A stretch of DNA of 64,000 nt from Basidiobolus meristosporus CBS 931.73 (GCA_002104905.1 MCFE01000327.1:30341-94340), one strand, 5' to 3'; counted from the first letter of the stretch, positions 50,847-62,909 are shown. Notes: generated by a model from the sequence alone, not told the origin. Made by a program: numbers and translations.

Positions 50847-51149
50847 TTATAATCAAATCAACTCTTGGGATTCTATAATGAGGTTTATGTGCCTGTGTAT
50901 GTTCAAAGAGCTAACAACAGATATCTAGGAACTATGTTGTAAAGGCACTTCACTTTGTACGAATGCACGATACTTGATGCTTAAAAATATCTGTAGAAAC
51001 CCTGGTAAATAAAACACCCCGCACTCTGCTACTAGTTGGAATTTCGTTTCTAGGAGGCAATCGCAAAATGGTGTAGCGCCTATCTACCAAGAGCAAATTG
51101 TTAGGAGATTAAGCCTATGCAATGCCTCTTTTACCATCATGACAAGTGC

Positions 51150-53330
51150 CACCTTTATTTGAATCCAAGCCTAATATCACTCTTTGCTCTATGCCTCTAT
51201 CCATTATAATGCATCCAACCACATATGGAAGTGCAAATATAGGTTATATTGTGACAGAACATATATGCTATGTCACGACTTTTAACCATCAGGAATTAGT
51301 ATTGGTGCCACTGGTAACAAATGCATCTGCAAGTACACAAGCTTTTGGCTCCTTCCTAAGCATGTGTTTGCCTTACCAAGATCTTGAAGAAGTATAAATG
51401 TTGTTTTATACCTAATGAAATATTGAATGATTACCACTTACTCTACTGGCTCTCCTAATTGGCTACAATTACTTCACAAACTTCTACAGCCAGCTATGAG
51501 CCCAGGAGAACACTCTTGGGATATATTTCTACTCCTCAAGTGACTACAAGCATTGGCAGATTAATTGATGCAATGGAATCCATAGGAGTGCAATCTATGG
51601 ATTAAACTATCATAGCTACCATCCAAGAGTCCTGCCAGTGTTAAAATTGGGATTTTTGTCAAGTACTAGAAAATATGGAAATATGTTGTACATAGAGTTT
51701 ATGCTCCATATATGACAAGAAAATTCCTGAACAACTACATTAAATATGTATCCCAACAATAAACAATAATTGTGTACAATGATCTGCAAACATTTTGAAA
51801 GAATTCTTTTGGTACTCTGCTAGTGTATTACTAATTTGTTGACTTGATTTTTGTGAATGGTAGACAGCAAGGTCTACTAAGAGTATTGACAGTTTACTAA
51901 TTGGACTAGATAGTGCAATACTTACTGCTAAATACCAAATATCAGATTCATCATACTTGAGAGATGCATACATCCTAGAAATGATTATATACCGGAAAGA
52001 GAAGCTTCCAAGAAGTTAATATTTCATTTACACAGGAGCTCAATGTGGCGGTAATATTCAATCTTTAATGAAGATATGATAAATATAACTAATGTTGAGA
52101 TAGCCTCCTTATGCACTTGCAGTTATAATATACTTAGACTTTAGTAGATATACATGCCATGACAAAGAGTATTATAATCTTATTCACATTGAAGGCTTCT
52201 ATGACTGCAAGATATAGTTAGGAGTAACAGCTAGGAGCTTGTGGAGTACCTATCTTGCCACAATGATTCTTGCTTTCAGGTGTGCTCCAGAATCTTGTCT
52301 AATAGGAAGGAAAGAAAAGCCTGCTGCAATATTCTGAGGAGTATTGGAAGTGATGTGGAGAACTAGATGACTTACATGTTATTCACATATAGATTTATTG
52401 ATCAAATATATGGTATTTATACTTTTATATAGTAGAGCAGACAAATGTGTAGAGTCTGTTAAAAAAGGTCCCAAGAATATGTGTTCAAAGTTTGAGGGCA
52501 TTTGGACAACTTTGAGAAAGATCATAATCTGGGTACCTGATAATTTGGTGAAAATATTCTAAATAAATCCCAACAAGAAATTTGGTCAGGACAAAATGCT
52601 AATCAAAGAGTAAGATCTATGTTACCAAGTTAACATGAATATTTAGGTGACAACTTAATAATTACAACAAATCCAAGGTATGTGGCAGAGACTTAAGCAG
52701 GTAGAGTTGTATTTTTAGGTAGATAGGGCCATCTAAAGGTAATGACTTAGCAATGGAAAGCTGGGGATTGTTCTTCTGGAGATATTGATGGATGGTCTGG
52801 GGGTCTTACTGGGCATTGGAGAGGATTGTGATTTTATTGGCACAGAGGGAAACTAGGTAGTCAGCTGAGAGTCTTGGAAAGTCATTCAAGGATATGAAAC
52901 ATTGAATAGGGCCCAGCACAGAGCCTTGAACAACACTATTAGCAACTGTGAATACCACTGATTGCTCACTTGAGTGCAGAATCCTTGCTTGGGGATCCAG
53001 AAACACAGACTAGATTGGATCAGAAGCATGGATTGGTAGTTTCTGGCTGAGTGAGAAGAAGTGGAAAGTATGAATAGACTTTTGTGTAGCAAAAAGAGGA
53101 ATGATAGTTTCAGAAGCAGAGGAGTAGTCAGAGGTTGGCAAGTCTGAATGAATGGGTAGTAGTAGCTGCTATAACAAAGTTCGACTACCAACCAACTCTG
53201 TTTTTGATTCAAGAGCAGATTCTTTTTGTAGTTGACCTGAAATTGCATGATTTAGTCCAACCTACTGTTCCCTTGATTTATAGCATTAGTTTGGAGTATT
53301 CATTCAAATTTCACTGTAAATCCCTCCAAG
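51150..53330 (-). mobile_element. LINE reverse-transcriptase remnant, interrupted by a solo LTR
   Basis: VVQGSVLGPIQCFISLNDF...SLCANK (52806-53006) is a degenerate GVPQGSVLGP...YADD motif; CpG-poor. Confidence 0.7.
52322..52669 (-). repeat. Old copia-family solo LTR, 348 bp
   Basis: TGCTGCAA...TTACAACA, collinear with 36045-36392; flanks AAGCC/AATCC (4 of 5 TSD match). Confidence 0.75.
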
Positions 53331-53933
53331 GATTTCGACTTGAAGGCAATTCCAGGTAGCAACAAAAATGATGGAAATACTTATTTGGCACCCAAGAAAT
53401 CAGCAAAAATACTTTCTTGATGGATTGTTAGGTAATATCAACAAAGATATTATGCGCCTAGATATTACCTCTGAATATTGTTGATGGAACACCACTCCGG
53501 TGCACTTTGCGGAGGTGCTGCATATCCGATACCAAACGAGATGATCCCCACTCCACTATGGCACTGAATACCTTATAAGCGACTGTTTTTGCATAGAAAG
53601 CTCCATGCCAACTCTCCATTGTTGCAGCCGCAAATATCCTTGCCCCCCCCCTTGGCTTCGTTACTCCACAGGCGAGGTTTGATTTCTCCCAGCTTTTTAC
53701 AGTCTGCTCAAAACGGTCAAGAGCATTAAAAAGCACGTCGACCCCATTGTATGCATCAAGGCCGCGCTTCTTAACCTTGCTGTGTATGAGTGAATCCTTG
53801 GATCATCTTCACACACTCATCAAACCTAGCTTCCTTCCCAGTAGGAATGGCCTTCAGTGAGGCAGGAAATTCTGGCTCATGCCTACGATAAGGTTAGAGT
53901 TCTTCATCAGTTTATGAGCAAAAGAACGCTTAC

Positions 53934-54245
53934 TTTAGAAATGCTCCTTGAGACGTCCAGCGTGGAAAGTCATGCAAGGTTTGAAGATGGGTAACATGCG
54001 GCTCCAAGGTGTCTCCACCCAGAGCTTATTGCGTATCAATCAATTGGTTGTGATACTTGCTAAAGTCGGTGGTGAGATTGAGCATAGTTCCAGGGAACTT
54101 GCTTTTAACGCCCTGACAATATCGGAGTCAGCATTAGATAAATCTCCTCCAGAAAAGACGGCAATCTTTCCTCCTTCAGCAAGCGCCTCTTTATAGAGTC
54201 TTTGAAGCTCAGCTTCCTCTCTCTTCAGATACTATATCAAAGCCT
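53934..54245 (-). pseudogene. Fragment of a periplasmic-type solute-binding protein (ABC Fe3+/thiamine-like)
   Basis: LYKEALAEGGKIAVFSGGD / SKFPGTMLNLTTDFSKYHNQLIDTQ* / HVTHLQTLHDFPRW, as recalled for the 'ABC-type Fe3+ transport' SBP family in fungi and actinobacteria; one frameshift and one stop; ends at a GTAAGC donor. Confidence 0.65.
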
Positions 54246-55059
54246 ACAGCGCATGTTTAATTGTGTAATAAATACCTGCGTAAACAGCAACGACATTTTG
54301 CACCGGTGCATCTATAAAAGTCACCTTGTAGCTCAGGAAAATATATTCAACCATGCAACACTTCAACAAGACTTTAACTGTTTGTACGTATACTACAACC
54401 TGAATCACTTGAGATCAGTACCAATTCTAATGAAAGTGAAGCCTCTTGGCCACAGAGTGGATCCATGTTCAGGTCTATGATTGGACATGGAAATTACTCG
54501 GCAGGGAATATTGTTGAACATTCTGCTAGCCAGCCCTTTATAGATTTCCGCTTGGCCAAGGCCACTTTTACTTGTCACGAGCGTATGTTTCACGCAATTA
54601 TAAGACCAAAGATGTTGTGCAACACTATTCAGATCAATCCAACTCACATTACTAATTAACATGATACGCGCAAAGGTGAGCAATCTCATCTTCAGTTGGT
54701 GTCAGTAGATGACTATACGCAGTTCCATTGCAATATCAATGATATGCATAGGAAAGTTGTACAACTCATAGAGCAAACCAAACTAGCGTTACAGGAGCCG
54801 TAAGGTAAGAGTAGCGCAGAGAAGATAGTTTCAAGATTCACTAAAATTATAGATGCCAATATGGATATCAGGCCGCGGATTTGATGAACTCCAATCCACC
54901 CTGTTTACCATGTTGACCACCAATTGTACCACACCACACTTGCCTCTGTTGCAGGCGGCAAGCATGACCACTTTATTTCCAAATGCAGGAGGATGGTTAG
55001 AAACATTTCAACACGAGCAACAAGGAAGCTTGAACAATCCATGAGGCACTATGTTCAAT

Positions 55060-55995
55060 GGCTAGGTCTTCTTACGGCTATGTCAGCTGCAATGCCTCGG
55101 CAACTCCGGGAATTACCACTATTTCCTGAATAGTTGGTCTTTGCAATGGCTGCCAAAAGTTTAGATATGAGACAAAATGTCAATCCGGTCGCTATTACTA
55201 ACCTCGGGGTCAAGCATCCTGCGAAGTAGACGTAGCATAGATTGAGGGTAAATGAGAGGGATTTCTGGAGGAGGCTTCAGCTTCATTTGCTTGAGCAGTT
55301 CCTCCTGGTTGTTGGCATGGAACAAGTATTTTAGGCAGCAGAGCTTGTACGACAGCAGCCCCAAAGCCCATATGTCCACCTTATTTGAATATGGCTAATT
55401 TTGAAACATCTCCTATATAAGTAGCAGACTTGGTAGGATATGTATTGAGCGCAACTAAATACCCACTGGCGCCGTATAGAGCGGAGTCTAAGAAGATTGG
55501 GTTAGCCTGATTCAGTGACCATGATTCCATACACTTACTCCAACAAATGAACATGCGACAGATCTTTGGGCAAGACTCCGGTACAAGCCAAAATCGCCAA
55601 GCTTATAATTATTATCTGCGGTGATGAAAACTCCAAAGAATTAGTCATTGTCATGCCAATGATCACTTGTCGTACCACTTTCTGGCTTGATGTCCCGATG
55701 GACAACCATTGGTGACTGCAAATGACACCAGTGCACGGCATTGACCACACTTTTTCTGGCCGCACTCGACAACTTTTTTTTCAACACCAATGTTAGTGCA
55801 ACTTTCTTGGTATCATGGTGAGAGCTCTGTTACCTATTCTCTCGGAATTCTTTGATGAAAAAGGCCAGATCCCGGTGCCCACAATATTCCATGACAATGT
55901 AAAGCAGTTCTCTTGCAGCATCGTGGACATATTCCTCAATGTACACAAGGTTCGGGTGCTTTACTTCACGCAACAACGGCAAACTCTGATATAAA
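55060..55995 (-). pseudogene. Intron-containing NEK/NIMA-like Ser/Thr kinase pseudogene
   Basis: Exons encode REVKHPNLV...LYIVMEYC, HRDIKPE, YKLGDFG, FVG|TPLYTAP|EMFQN*PYSNKVDIWALG...RMLDPE|PLQRPTIQEI, with GT-AG introns and an in-frame TAG. Confidence 0.8.
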
Positions 55996-57899
55996 TCTCT
56001 TAAACAAAGATCGATTATCGCAGTAACATGACTCTTTCAATACAAGGCTAACCAATTGCTTAACAAGCTTGAATACAACGAAATCCAAGCATGAATCTTA
56101 CATCATATATTCCCAGTCATAGTTGCACAATCCTAATTACCTGCATCATTACGAACACTTCTTGCATTTCCATAGGCATCACACACCCTAACAAGGTTAG
56201 TGTAGTGACTTTCAACATTTATATGTACATCTCTTATTAAGTTATTAACCGGCGTGTGTAGGAATCTAAATGGAAATGCCATAATTGTGCAATACAATAC
56301 AGTATTTGCATTCTTGTTGAAGTGTACGAGAGACTTTACAGTACTCAAAGGTTGTTACCGACTCACTGTTCATACCAGTTGTCATATTTGGCACTCCTCA
56401 CCTGCATCAGTAGCCTGATAAAATCAACCAATCTCAAAAAATAGCCATGTGTATTGATGGCCAATGCTTCCTTCTATCAAGTGCCAAATGTCCACAAGGT
56501 ATGCTGTGTACCAGCTTTCTTAAGGCCCAGATTTCACTCCACTCCGGCTTAAACTGACTGGTTGCAAATAAAGTAGCAGTGGAAAAAGAGCAACCAGCTA
56601 AGGTGCTTGAGAGAATGAGCATATTGCAAGTTCCGAGCAGGACCATAGTGCTGCATCTGCAAATCAGGTCTCTAGCTGGGTTTTCTAAATGGCGGCGCTC
56701 ATTTGGTACAAGCATACACTGTGCACCCTGGTATTTAATGGCAGCCGGTATCTTGGTAATACAAGGTTGACATCATCACTACTGAACAAAGATTGACAGG
56801 TGTTCATCTTGATTGTGTATAGATAGCCGATTAACAGCCCCAACTAACTACTTCACTGTTAATCTGCGCACTCTGGTGACGGCAGCAACTAGCCGCTGTC
56901 GATCTGCGCACTCCAGTGAGAAGGGTCAATTGGCTTATATATGATTGGCGGTATGCTATTCATATTGTAGGTGTGACTTCGTGGTAGGCTAATGGAATAG
57001 GAATCGTTGAATCACCATGTGTTTCCCAGCCCTCTTCTATTCAGCGTACTCGAATGCTTCAAGACTGGGGCCAACTTGATACTTCAAATTCAGGCAGTGT
57101 TCAGATCATCGTACTTTCTGGTAACGGTAACAAACACCTGTTGCAACAGTGGGACATAAATGAAGCAATCGTTGTTTATATGATTCTAATATTATAACTG
57201 GGGTAAAGTAGCTTGCAAATTAAGGTTGTTGATGTTTTGAATTAGTATAGGGTGACTCAATGGTGATATTTATCTTAATATATAGGTTGCCAATCTAAGT
57301 ATTTCTTATCACGGAAATATCTAATCCTCAAGTGCTTGTGAGCTGAGTCTTTGTACGTCTTTTGGTGGCCACTATAGCCATGAGCTGGTGGCTCAGTGAT
57401 GATGATTTGAGGCTTTTGCTGCTTTGACTGATGCGAAATCATATCTATGGCATCAAATTAGTTTAAATCCAATTTTGGGCTGATCTCTACTTGTAATGAG
57501 TGGACAAAACGCTTTGCCCACCGTTCAATAGTTGCTACTGCACAAGATGTGTTTGCTTTATTTTGATATCTCTACCGCTGCAATCCATATACCCTTGATG
57601 TTATGTACCTTGCCTTCAAGCATACACTTGATCTTAACTTGGTTAATCAATGTAGCAATAATGACAGACAAATGTAGTGTATTATAGATCGATTAGATAT
57701 TGTGGTGATTATGAGTCATTAAATCATTAAATTTTCTCAGTGAGATCGCCGATCAGGATGATTCTTGTCAGTGTGTTGGCAGTTGGCTCAACTCTAGTGG
57801 AGGCTCGAATTGCAACACTTACGGCTCCACCGGGAACTGGTTTATCACAAACAAGGTGACAAACTGAATGAGTTATGGTAATTTATTGGATTTGGCATT

Positions 57900-58100
57900 T
57901 GCCAGTCTACGGGCATGCATCAGTACATTGCGTATCTTCCATAGGCTCAGTGAACTGATCAGCGCATTTATCGCCACACTGAATGTCTTCCATAGATTCT
58001 GTGTACTCAGTATCCTGGTCAGAGCACCCTTCAACACAATGGGTGTCCATTACGGGTGCTGAATACTGGGTGTCTTGTGAGGGCTGAACCATGAGATATG
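57900..58100 (-). pseudogene. Truncated copy of the acidic secreted protein gene
   Basis: VQPSQDTQYSAPVMDTHCVEGCSDQDTEY matches the internal segment of 58275-59345. Confidence 0.8.
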
Positions 58101-58274
58101 ACTTGTTATAGTGATAGACGTAAGCTTAATAAATAAGAATACTATCAACATTCATTGTCCAAGTTCCAACATTGTGTTTGCAGTATGATAGTTTGCAAAT
58201 TAAATGTGATGTTTCAAGCTAATATATAGTCATTTCAGATGATGTATTTATTCATAATACGTAGGTGACCACTG

Positions 58275-59345
58275 CTAGTATCTACTCCCACCGGAATATC
58301 TGATCTTGAAGTACTTGTGAGATGACCTCTTGTACTTCTTTTGATGACCACCATGGGCACGGGTAGCAGGTTCAGTGATGATGATTTGAGGTTGTTGCTG
58401 TTTAGGCTGATAGAGGGTTTGATCGATGACCTGGGCTTGGTCAAATTGATTGGAGTTCGATAGTGCATCGGCGTTATTGGATGAATGGGCCTTCACATTG
58501 TCCAACAAGGCCTCCCTCGGCTGGATGCCGACTACATTGAAGGCTGGCATACCAGACTCTGAGGAATCTGGTTGGGTTGTAGTATCTTCCATTGAATCAC
58601 CACCCTTAACTTCACCCTCACCCACATTCATATCTTCCTCATCGCCACCGTCTTGTTCAAGTTGATTATCATCTACTGGCTCCGATGCTAATTGTCCTTC
58701 TTGGTAGCAGGGACTAACTTGCTCTCCACACAAATTTTCACCGTGGATTACCTGAGAAGAGCCATCTTCTGTGACAGGAATCGCTTCATCCATAGGCTCA
58801 GTGGACTGATCATCGCAGTTATCACCACACTGAGCGTCTTCCATAGGTTGTGTGTACTGAGTATCTTGGTCAGAGCAACCTTCAACACACTTGGTCTCTA
58901 CTACGGGCGCAGAATACTGCACATCGTGTGAGGGCTGAACCACAGCAATGGGATATGAAGTGCCATCTTCGGAGTGTTCAGCTCCCTTTTGCTTGGTGTA
59001 CTCGGCTGCACTTGCTTCACCTTTTGCTTCGAAGCTGGGGCCTGCTTGATACTTTATGTTGAGGCTCTTGTCACTGTTGGCATTTGCAGTGTTGAGATTA
59101 TCATTTTTTCTGGTCACTGTGGTGAACACCTGTCGCAATAATGGAACTTGGTCATCTGACGGTTTGACGGTGGGTTGAACTTGGGCATTCTGGTAGCAGC
59201 TGTTTGCGTAATGGGAGCACAGTGAACCGCGATATTGGACTCCTCTGTATTCGCGGGCACATGGAGAGGAACAAGCTATTGGAGCAGCTATGATAGCACT
59301 CAGAGAGGCAAGGCCAAGGATTGCTGTAGTAGTAGTTGCACGCAT
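58275..59345 (-). CDS. Secreted acidic low-complexity protein of unknown function, 356 aa
   Basis: Start MRATTTTAILGLASLSAIIAAP (signal peptide) at 59345 with TATATATA at 59387-59394; D/E/Q/S-rich body with spaced Cys; basic Tyr-rich C-terminal tail; intact ORF with nearby paralogs. Confidence 0.8.
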   Translation of the reverse strand: MRATTTTAILGLASLSAIIAAPIACSSPCAREYRGVQYRGSLCSHYANSCYQNAQVQPTVKPSDDQVPLLRQVFTTVTRKNDNLNTANANSDKSLNIKYQAGPSFEAKGEASAAEYTKQKGAEHSEDGTSYPIAVVQPSHDVQYSAPVVETKCVEGCSDQDTQYTQPMEDAQCGDNCDDQSTEPMDEAIPVTEDGSSQVIHGENLCGEQVSPCYQEGQLASEPVDDNQLEQDGGDEEDMNVGEGEVKGGDSMEDTTTQPDSSESGMPAFNVVGIQPREALLDNVKAHSSNNADALSNSNQFDQAQVIDQTLYQPKQQQPQIIITEPATRAHGGHQKKYKRSSHKYFKIRYSGGSRY

Positions 59346-59654
59346 CTTCAAGTTCAACTGAATACATTGCTTCATGCCCGAGGGAATATATATAGCATGG
59401 TAGGCTATATAATATGGTTTGGATATCGATGGAGGCAACAGTGTAAATATGCTAATGAATTACGATATTGCTAGATTGTAAGTGTGCTTTTGAACAGTCA
59501 TCAATCGTCCAATTGCTGTGTGGTAGCTGGTTATCATGATGAATGCATGATAAATAAATAAAAATACTATAAACACTCGTTGTTCAAACTCCAATATTAC
59601 GGTTGTAGTACGGCAGCTTGGTTGCAAATAATATTGAGATTTCAGAATCAGTAT

Positions 59655-60830
59655 TTATTCATACCGCATTGGTGACCATTGCGAGTATCTGGAATATCTG
59701 ATCTCCTGTACTTCTCTTGGAGTCCACCATGACCACGGGTAGCTGGCTGTGTGATGCTGTTTAGGCTGATAGAAGGTTTGATTGATGGTCAACCGGATTG
59801 GCGTTCGTAGTTCATCAGCATTATTGGATGAGTGGACCTTCACATCGTCCAACAAGACCTGCCTCGGCTATAAAGCCTGGCGGTGTTGTAGTGTCACCCA
59901 TATTGTTATCTTCCGCATCTGGCTGATAGTTATATTCAGGCGATTGTATTTTCATTTGAAAGATTCAAACCCATAACATTGTTATTTCTTTTTCTTCTGA
60001 CGGGTGATTAACTCATTATGTCTATAATGCTCACTACATCTGTAAACACCGTTGGTTCACTGAGAGTGAAACGATCATTGCCTTTACTCATTTAGCTGTC
60101 GTGAGTTGAGTGACAGATAAATGTAGTGATTGATTGGTTTGACATTGTGGTGATAATGAGTCTTTGGAACATCCAGTTTTCTCATTGAATGAGCAATGGT
60201 GATTTCTTAGATATGGGATTTGCCAGTTTACGGGCACGCATCAGTACATAGGCTCAATGGACTGATTAGCGCAATTACCCCCACATCCTGCATCGTCCAT
60301 AGGTTCTGTGTACTGCATATCCTGGTCGGCGCAGCCTTCAACACATTAGATGACAACTTCAGGTGCTGAATACTGAGTGTCTTGTGAGGGCCAAGCCATG
60401 ACAATGGGATACGAAGAACCATTATTCGGAGTGTCCAGCTCCCCTCTGCTTAGCGTAATCAGTGGCACTAGCTTCACTCTCAGTTTTAAGACTGGGGCAT
60501 GCCTGACGCTTTGTATTGAGGTTATTGCCACTGTTGGCATTTGCAGCGTTCAGGGTTGTCGTTCTTTCTAGTAACGGTGGTGAACACCTGTCACAATAAC
60601 GGAACCTGGACATCTGACGCTTCGACAGTGGGTTGAGACTGGGAATTCTGGAAGCGGTCATTTGCATAGCGGGACCACGGCGAACTACAATATAAGGCTC
60701 TTCTGTATCCGCGTGCATATGAAGAGAAGCAAGCAATTGGCGCAGTTGTGGTAGCATTTAGAGAGGCAAGGCCAATGATCGCTGTAGTCTTCAAGTACGG
60801 CTGAAGACATTGCTTCATACCTGAGAAGAT
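59655..60830 (-). pseudogene. Frameshifted paralog of the acidic secreted protein
   Basis: N-terminal part 60225-60830 (TAIIGLASL...APIACFSSYARGY) and C-terminal part 59655-59860 (LDDVKVHSSNNADEL); 3' flank homologous to 58128-58270. Confidence 0.8.
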
Positions 60831-60844
60831 ACACATCGTGTAGT

Positions 60845-61102
60845 ACTCTGGACGTTGATCCATATGCATCCGCATACTACCCACTGGCTACTCCAGATAC
60901 CTATCCACTACTGGGTAATGCGCAGACCGGTTCCACACAAGATGCCCAGGCACTTTCCCACTCAAATCAATATGATCAAGTACAGCTAGTAGATCAAACG
61001 CTGTTCCAGCCCCCCGAGCCCACATTCGCGCAAAGGTATTTTCTGAATGAGGATCAAGACACTGACTCAAGTGAGGGCAAAGATAAGACATTATGTACAC
61101 GC
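60845..61102 (+). pseudogene. Inverted C-terminal fragment of a further paralog, broken at the telomeric repeat
   Basis: Open frame 60788-61126 without ATG; LLGNAQTGSTQDAQALSHSNQYDQVQLVDQTLFQP aligns with LLDNVKAHSSNNADALSNSNQFDQAQVIDQTLYQP; the frame runs into TTA GGG TTA GGG. Confidence 0.7.
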
Positions 61103-61120
61103 TTAGGGTTAGGGTTAGGG
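61103..61120 (+). repeat. (TTAGGG)3 telomeric repeat tract
   Basis: Perfect three-unit tract at the boundary between gene-like DNA and the module array. Confidence 0.9.
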
Positions 61121-61772
61121 GTCTAAATTCTTTTATTGAATCTGATCAAGTATAGTAATACCATTTCAACTTGATTCAAGTTGAGTAGTGCAAATTGTAC
61201 AAAGAAAATATATCTATGGTAATGTGAAGGTAAATATACTGCTTAAGTTGAGTTGAGTTCTGAAAAGAAATTTGTCAACAAATCAGGCTAGAAAATGAAG
61301 TAAAGCTGGGAGTTATTGAAAGCAAAGCACCAAGGGAAAGTGTAGAGCTATACTACCACTTCCTGGAAGGTAGGGATCTCACAGGAAGGCAGAAGCTCAG
61401 GTCTAATTGCAGATATGATAGCAGAATGTCTCTGGATGAGCTCCCTTTGTTTGTGAAATTGGAACAAAGATTGGGTATCTTTGAACCCAAAGCAGCTCTC
61501 TGCATGACAGAAGTAAAAATACCTGCTACAGTAGGGGCACTTGGAACCCAAGCAAAGTGTTTTCATTCTCCACCTTATGGCCTGGAAGGCAAAGAAGGAA
61601 CTCCTGATGTAAAGGGATATGTCTGCTTCACTATGGGAATGTCCACTCTCATGAGAAATAGGTCCAACTCTGTCTTTTGAGCTAGCAAATCTGGTGATAT
61701 TCTCCAACTTCCTTTTATACATTGCTACAGAGAGAGGAATATGCTCTCTAGGTGGCTTGGCACTGTTGGAGT
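61121..61772 (-). mobile_element. Module C: 5'-truncated 3' end of a non-LTR retrotransposon with CCHC finger
   Basis: AIRWRM...CPYC-x7-H-x3-C, stop at 61348-61350, 3' UTR, AATAAA (61132-61137) just before the telomeric tract. Confidence 0.65.
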
Positions 61773-61781
61773 GGGTTAGGG

Positions 61782-62046
61782 GGAGACAGTCACCATCAGG
61801 TGAAATCTTTATTTCAGTTGAAACAAAGAAGCCAGCACTACCATTGTAGCATTGATACAAGAGTGTGTAGCTGAGGGGAATTTGTAGGTAAGTTAACAAG
61901 AAGTGATGATAGTTCTTCAGTGCTCAAGACACTGTTCAGTGGGAAGGGGGGTAGCAAGAGAGGTAAGAATGACTTGTGAACAACATTAATGAGGGGAATG
62001 TGATAAGGACTGATATTCAACATAAAGGGAGTGTGCTGCTGCAGAT
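61782..62046 (-). mobile_element. Module A copy 1 (3' end of a coding retroelement-like sequence)
   Basis: Near-identical to 62944-63186 and 63652-63918; bounded by GGGTTAGGG (61773-61781) and TTAGGG (62047-62052). Confidence 0.7.
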
Positions 62047-62052
62047 TTAGGG

Positions 62053-62572
62053 GGAGGAAAGTCACCAAGTGGTGAAATCTTTATTTACTTATGACAAGTA
62101 TCTAAAGAAGCCATGTTAATCTGAAGTAATTCCTAGAAAGCTAGGTCTGAGATATATGTTCCTGGTAAGCCAGGTCTGATAGTTGAGAAGCTGAGTGGTA
62201 CTGTATTTCCTAGTTAGCTAGGTCTGAGAGAGGTTTCCTGGAAAGCCAGGCCAGAGAAGTGAGAATCTGAGTATATCTGAGGTGAGTTGTACTGATTTGC
62301 GGTAGCTGAATTGTGGCCGGAATGGCCAGTAGACTGGGGGAACTGAGAGGAATATCTAGGCGATCACTGGCCAAATTTACTAGGCAAATCTGACCAATTG
62401 GCATTTCAAGGATTTCAGCCAATCAGAGCCTTTACTTTGCCCGATGGTTGATCAAGCCATCTCCCAATGAGCACACATCAATTTATTGATCAAATTTTGT
62501 TGGATCCAGGATTTGAACCCACAACCATGGGTATGGAAGGGTTAGGGATAACCACAAGGCTAAGTGTTCTTG
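62053..62572 (-). mobile_element. Module B copy 1 (~520 bp, SINE-like, tRNA-like head)
   Basis: Minus strand starts CAAGAACAC-TAGCCTTGTGG (A-box-like)...GGTTCAAATCC (B box); noncoding body with GGTCTGAG repeats; ends AATAAA-hairpin-CCCTAA. Confidence 0.7.
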
Positions 62573-62579
62573 GTTAGGG

Positions 62580-62909
62580 GGAGGAAAGTCACCAAGTGGT
62601 GAAATCTTTATTTACTTATGACAAGTATCTAAAGAAGCCAAGTTAATCTGAAGTAATTCCTAGAAAGCTAGGTCTGAGAGATATCTTCCTGGTAAGCCAG
62701 GTCTGAGAGTTGAGAAGCTGAGTGGTACTGTATTTCCTAGTTAGCTAGGTCTGAGAGAGGTTTCCTGGAAAGCCAGGCCTGAGAAGTGAGAATCTGAATA
62801 TATCTGAGCTAAGTTATACTGGTTTGCGGTAGCTGAATTGTGGCTGGAATGGCCAGTAGACTGGGGGAACTGAGAGGAACTTCTGGGCAATCACTGGCCA
62901 TATTTACTA
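62580..62909 (-). mobile_element. Module B copy 2, 5'-truncated
   Basis: Matches 62053-62383; stops at ...TTTACTAGG where the telomeric tract begins. Confidence 0.75.

Noticed and set aside
61348-61899. 183-aa minus-strand ORF as a single gene
   Set aside because: It crosses the GGGTTAGGG junction at 61773-61781 and joins module C's frame to an off-frame reading of module A, whose conserved stop lies at 61838.
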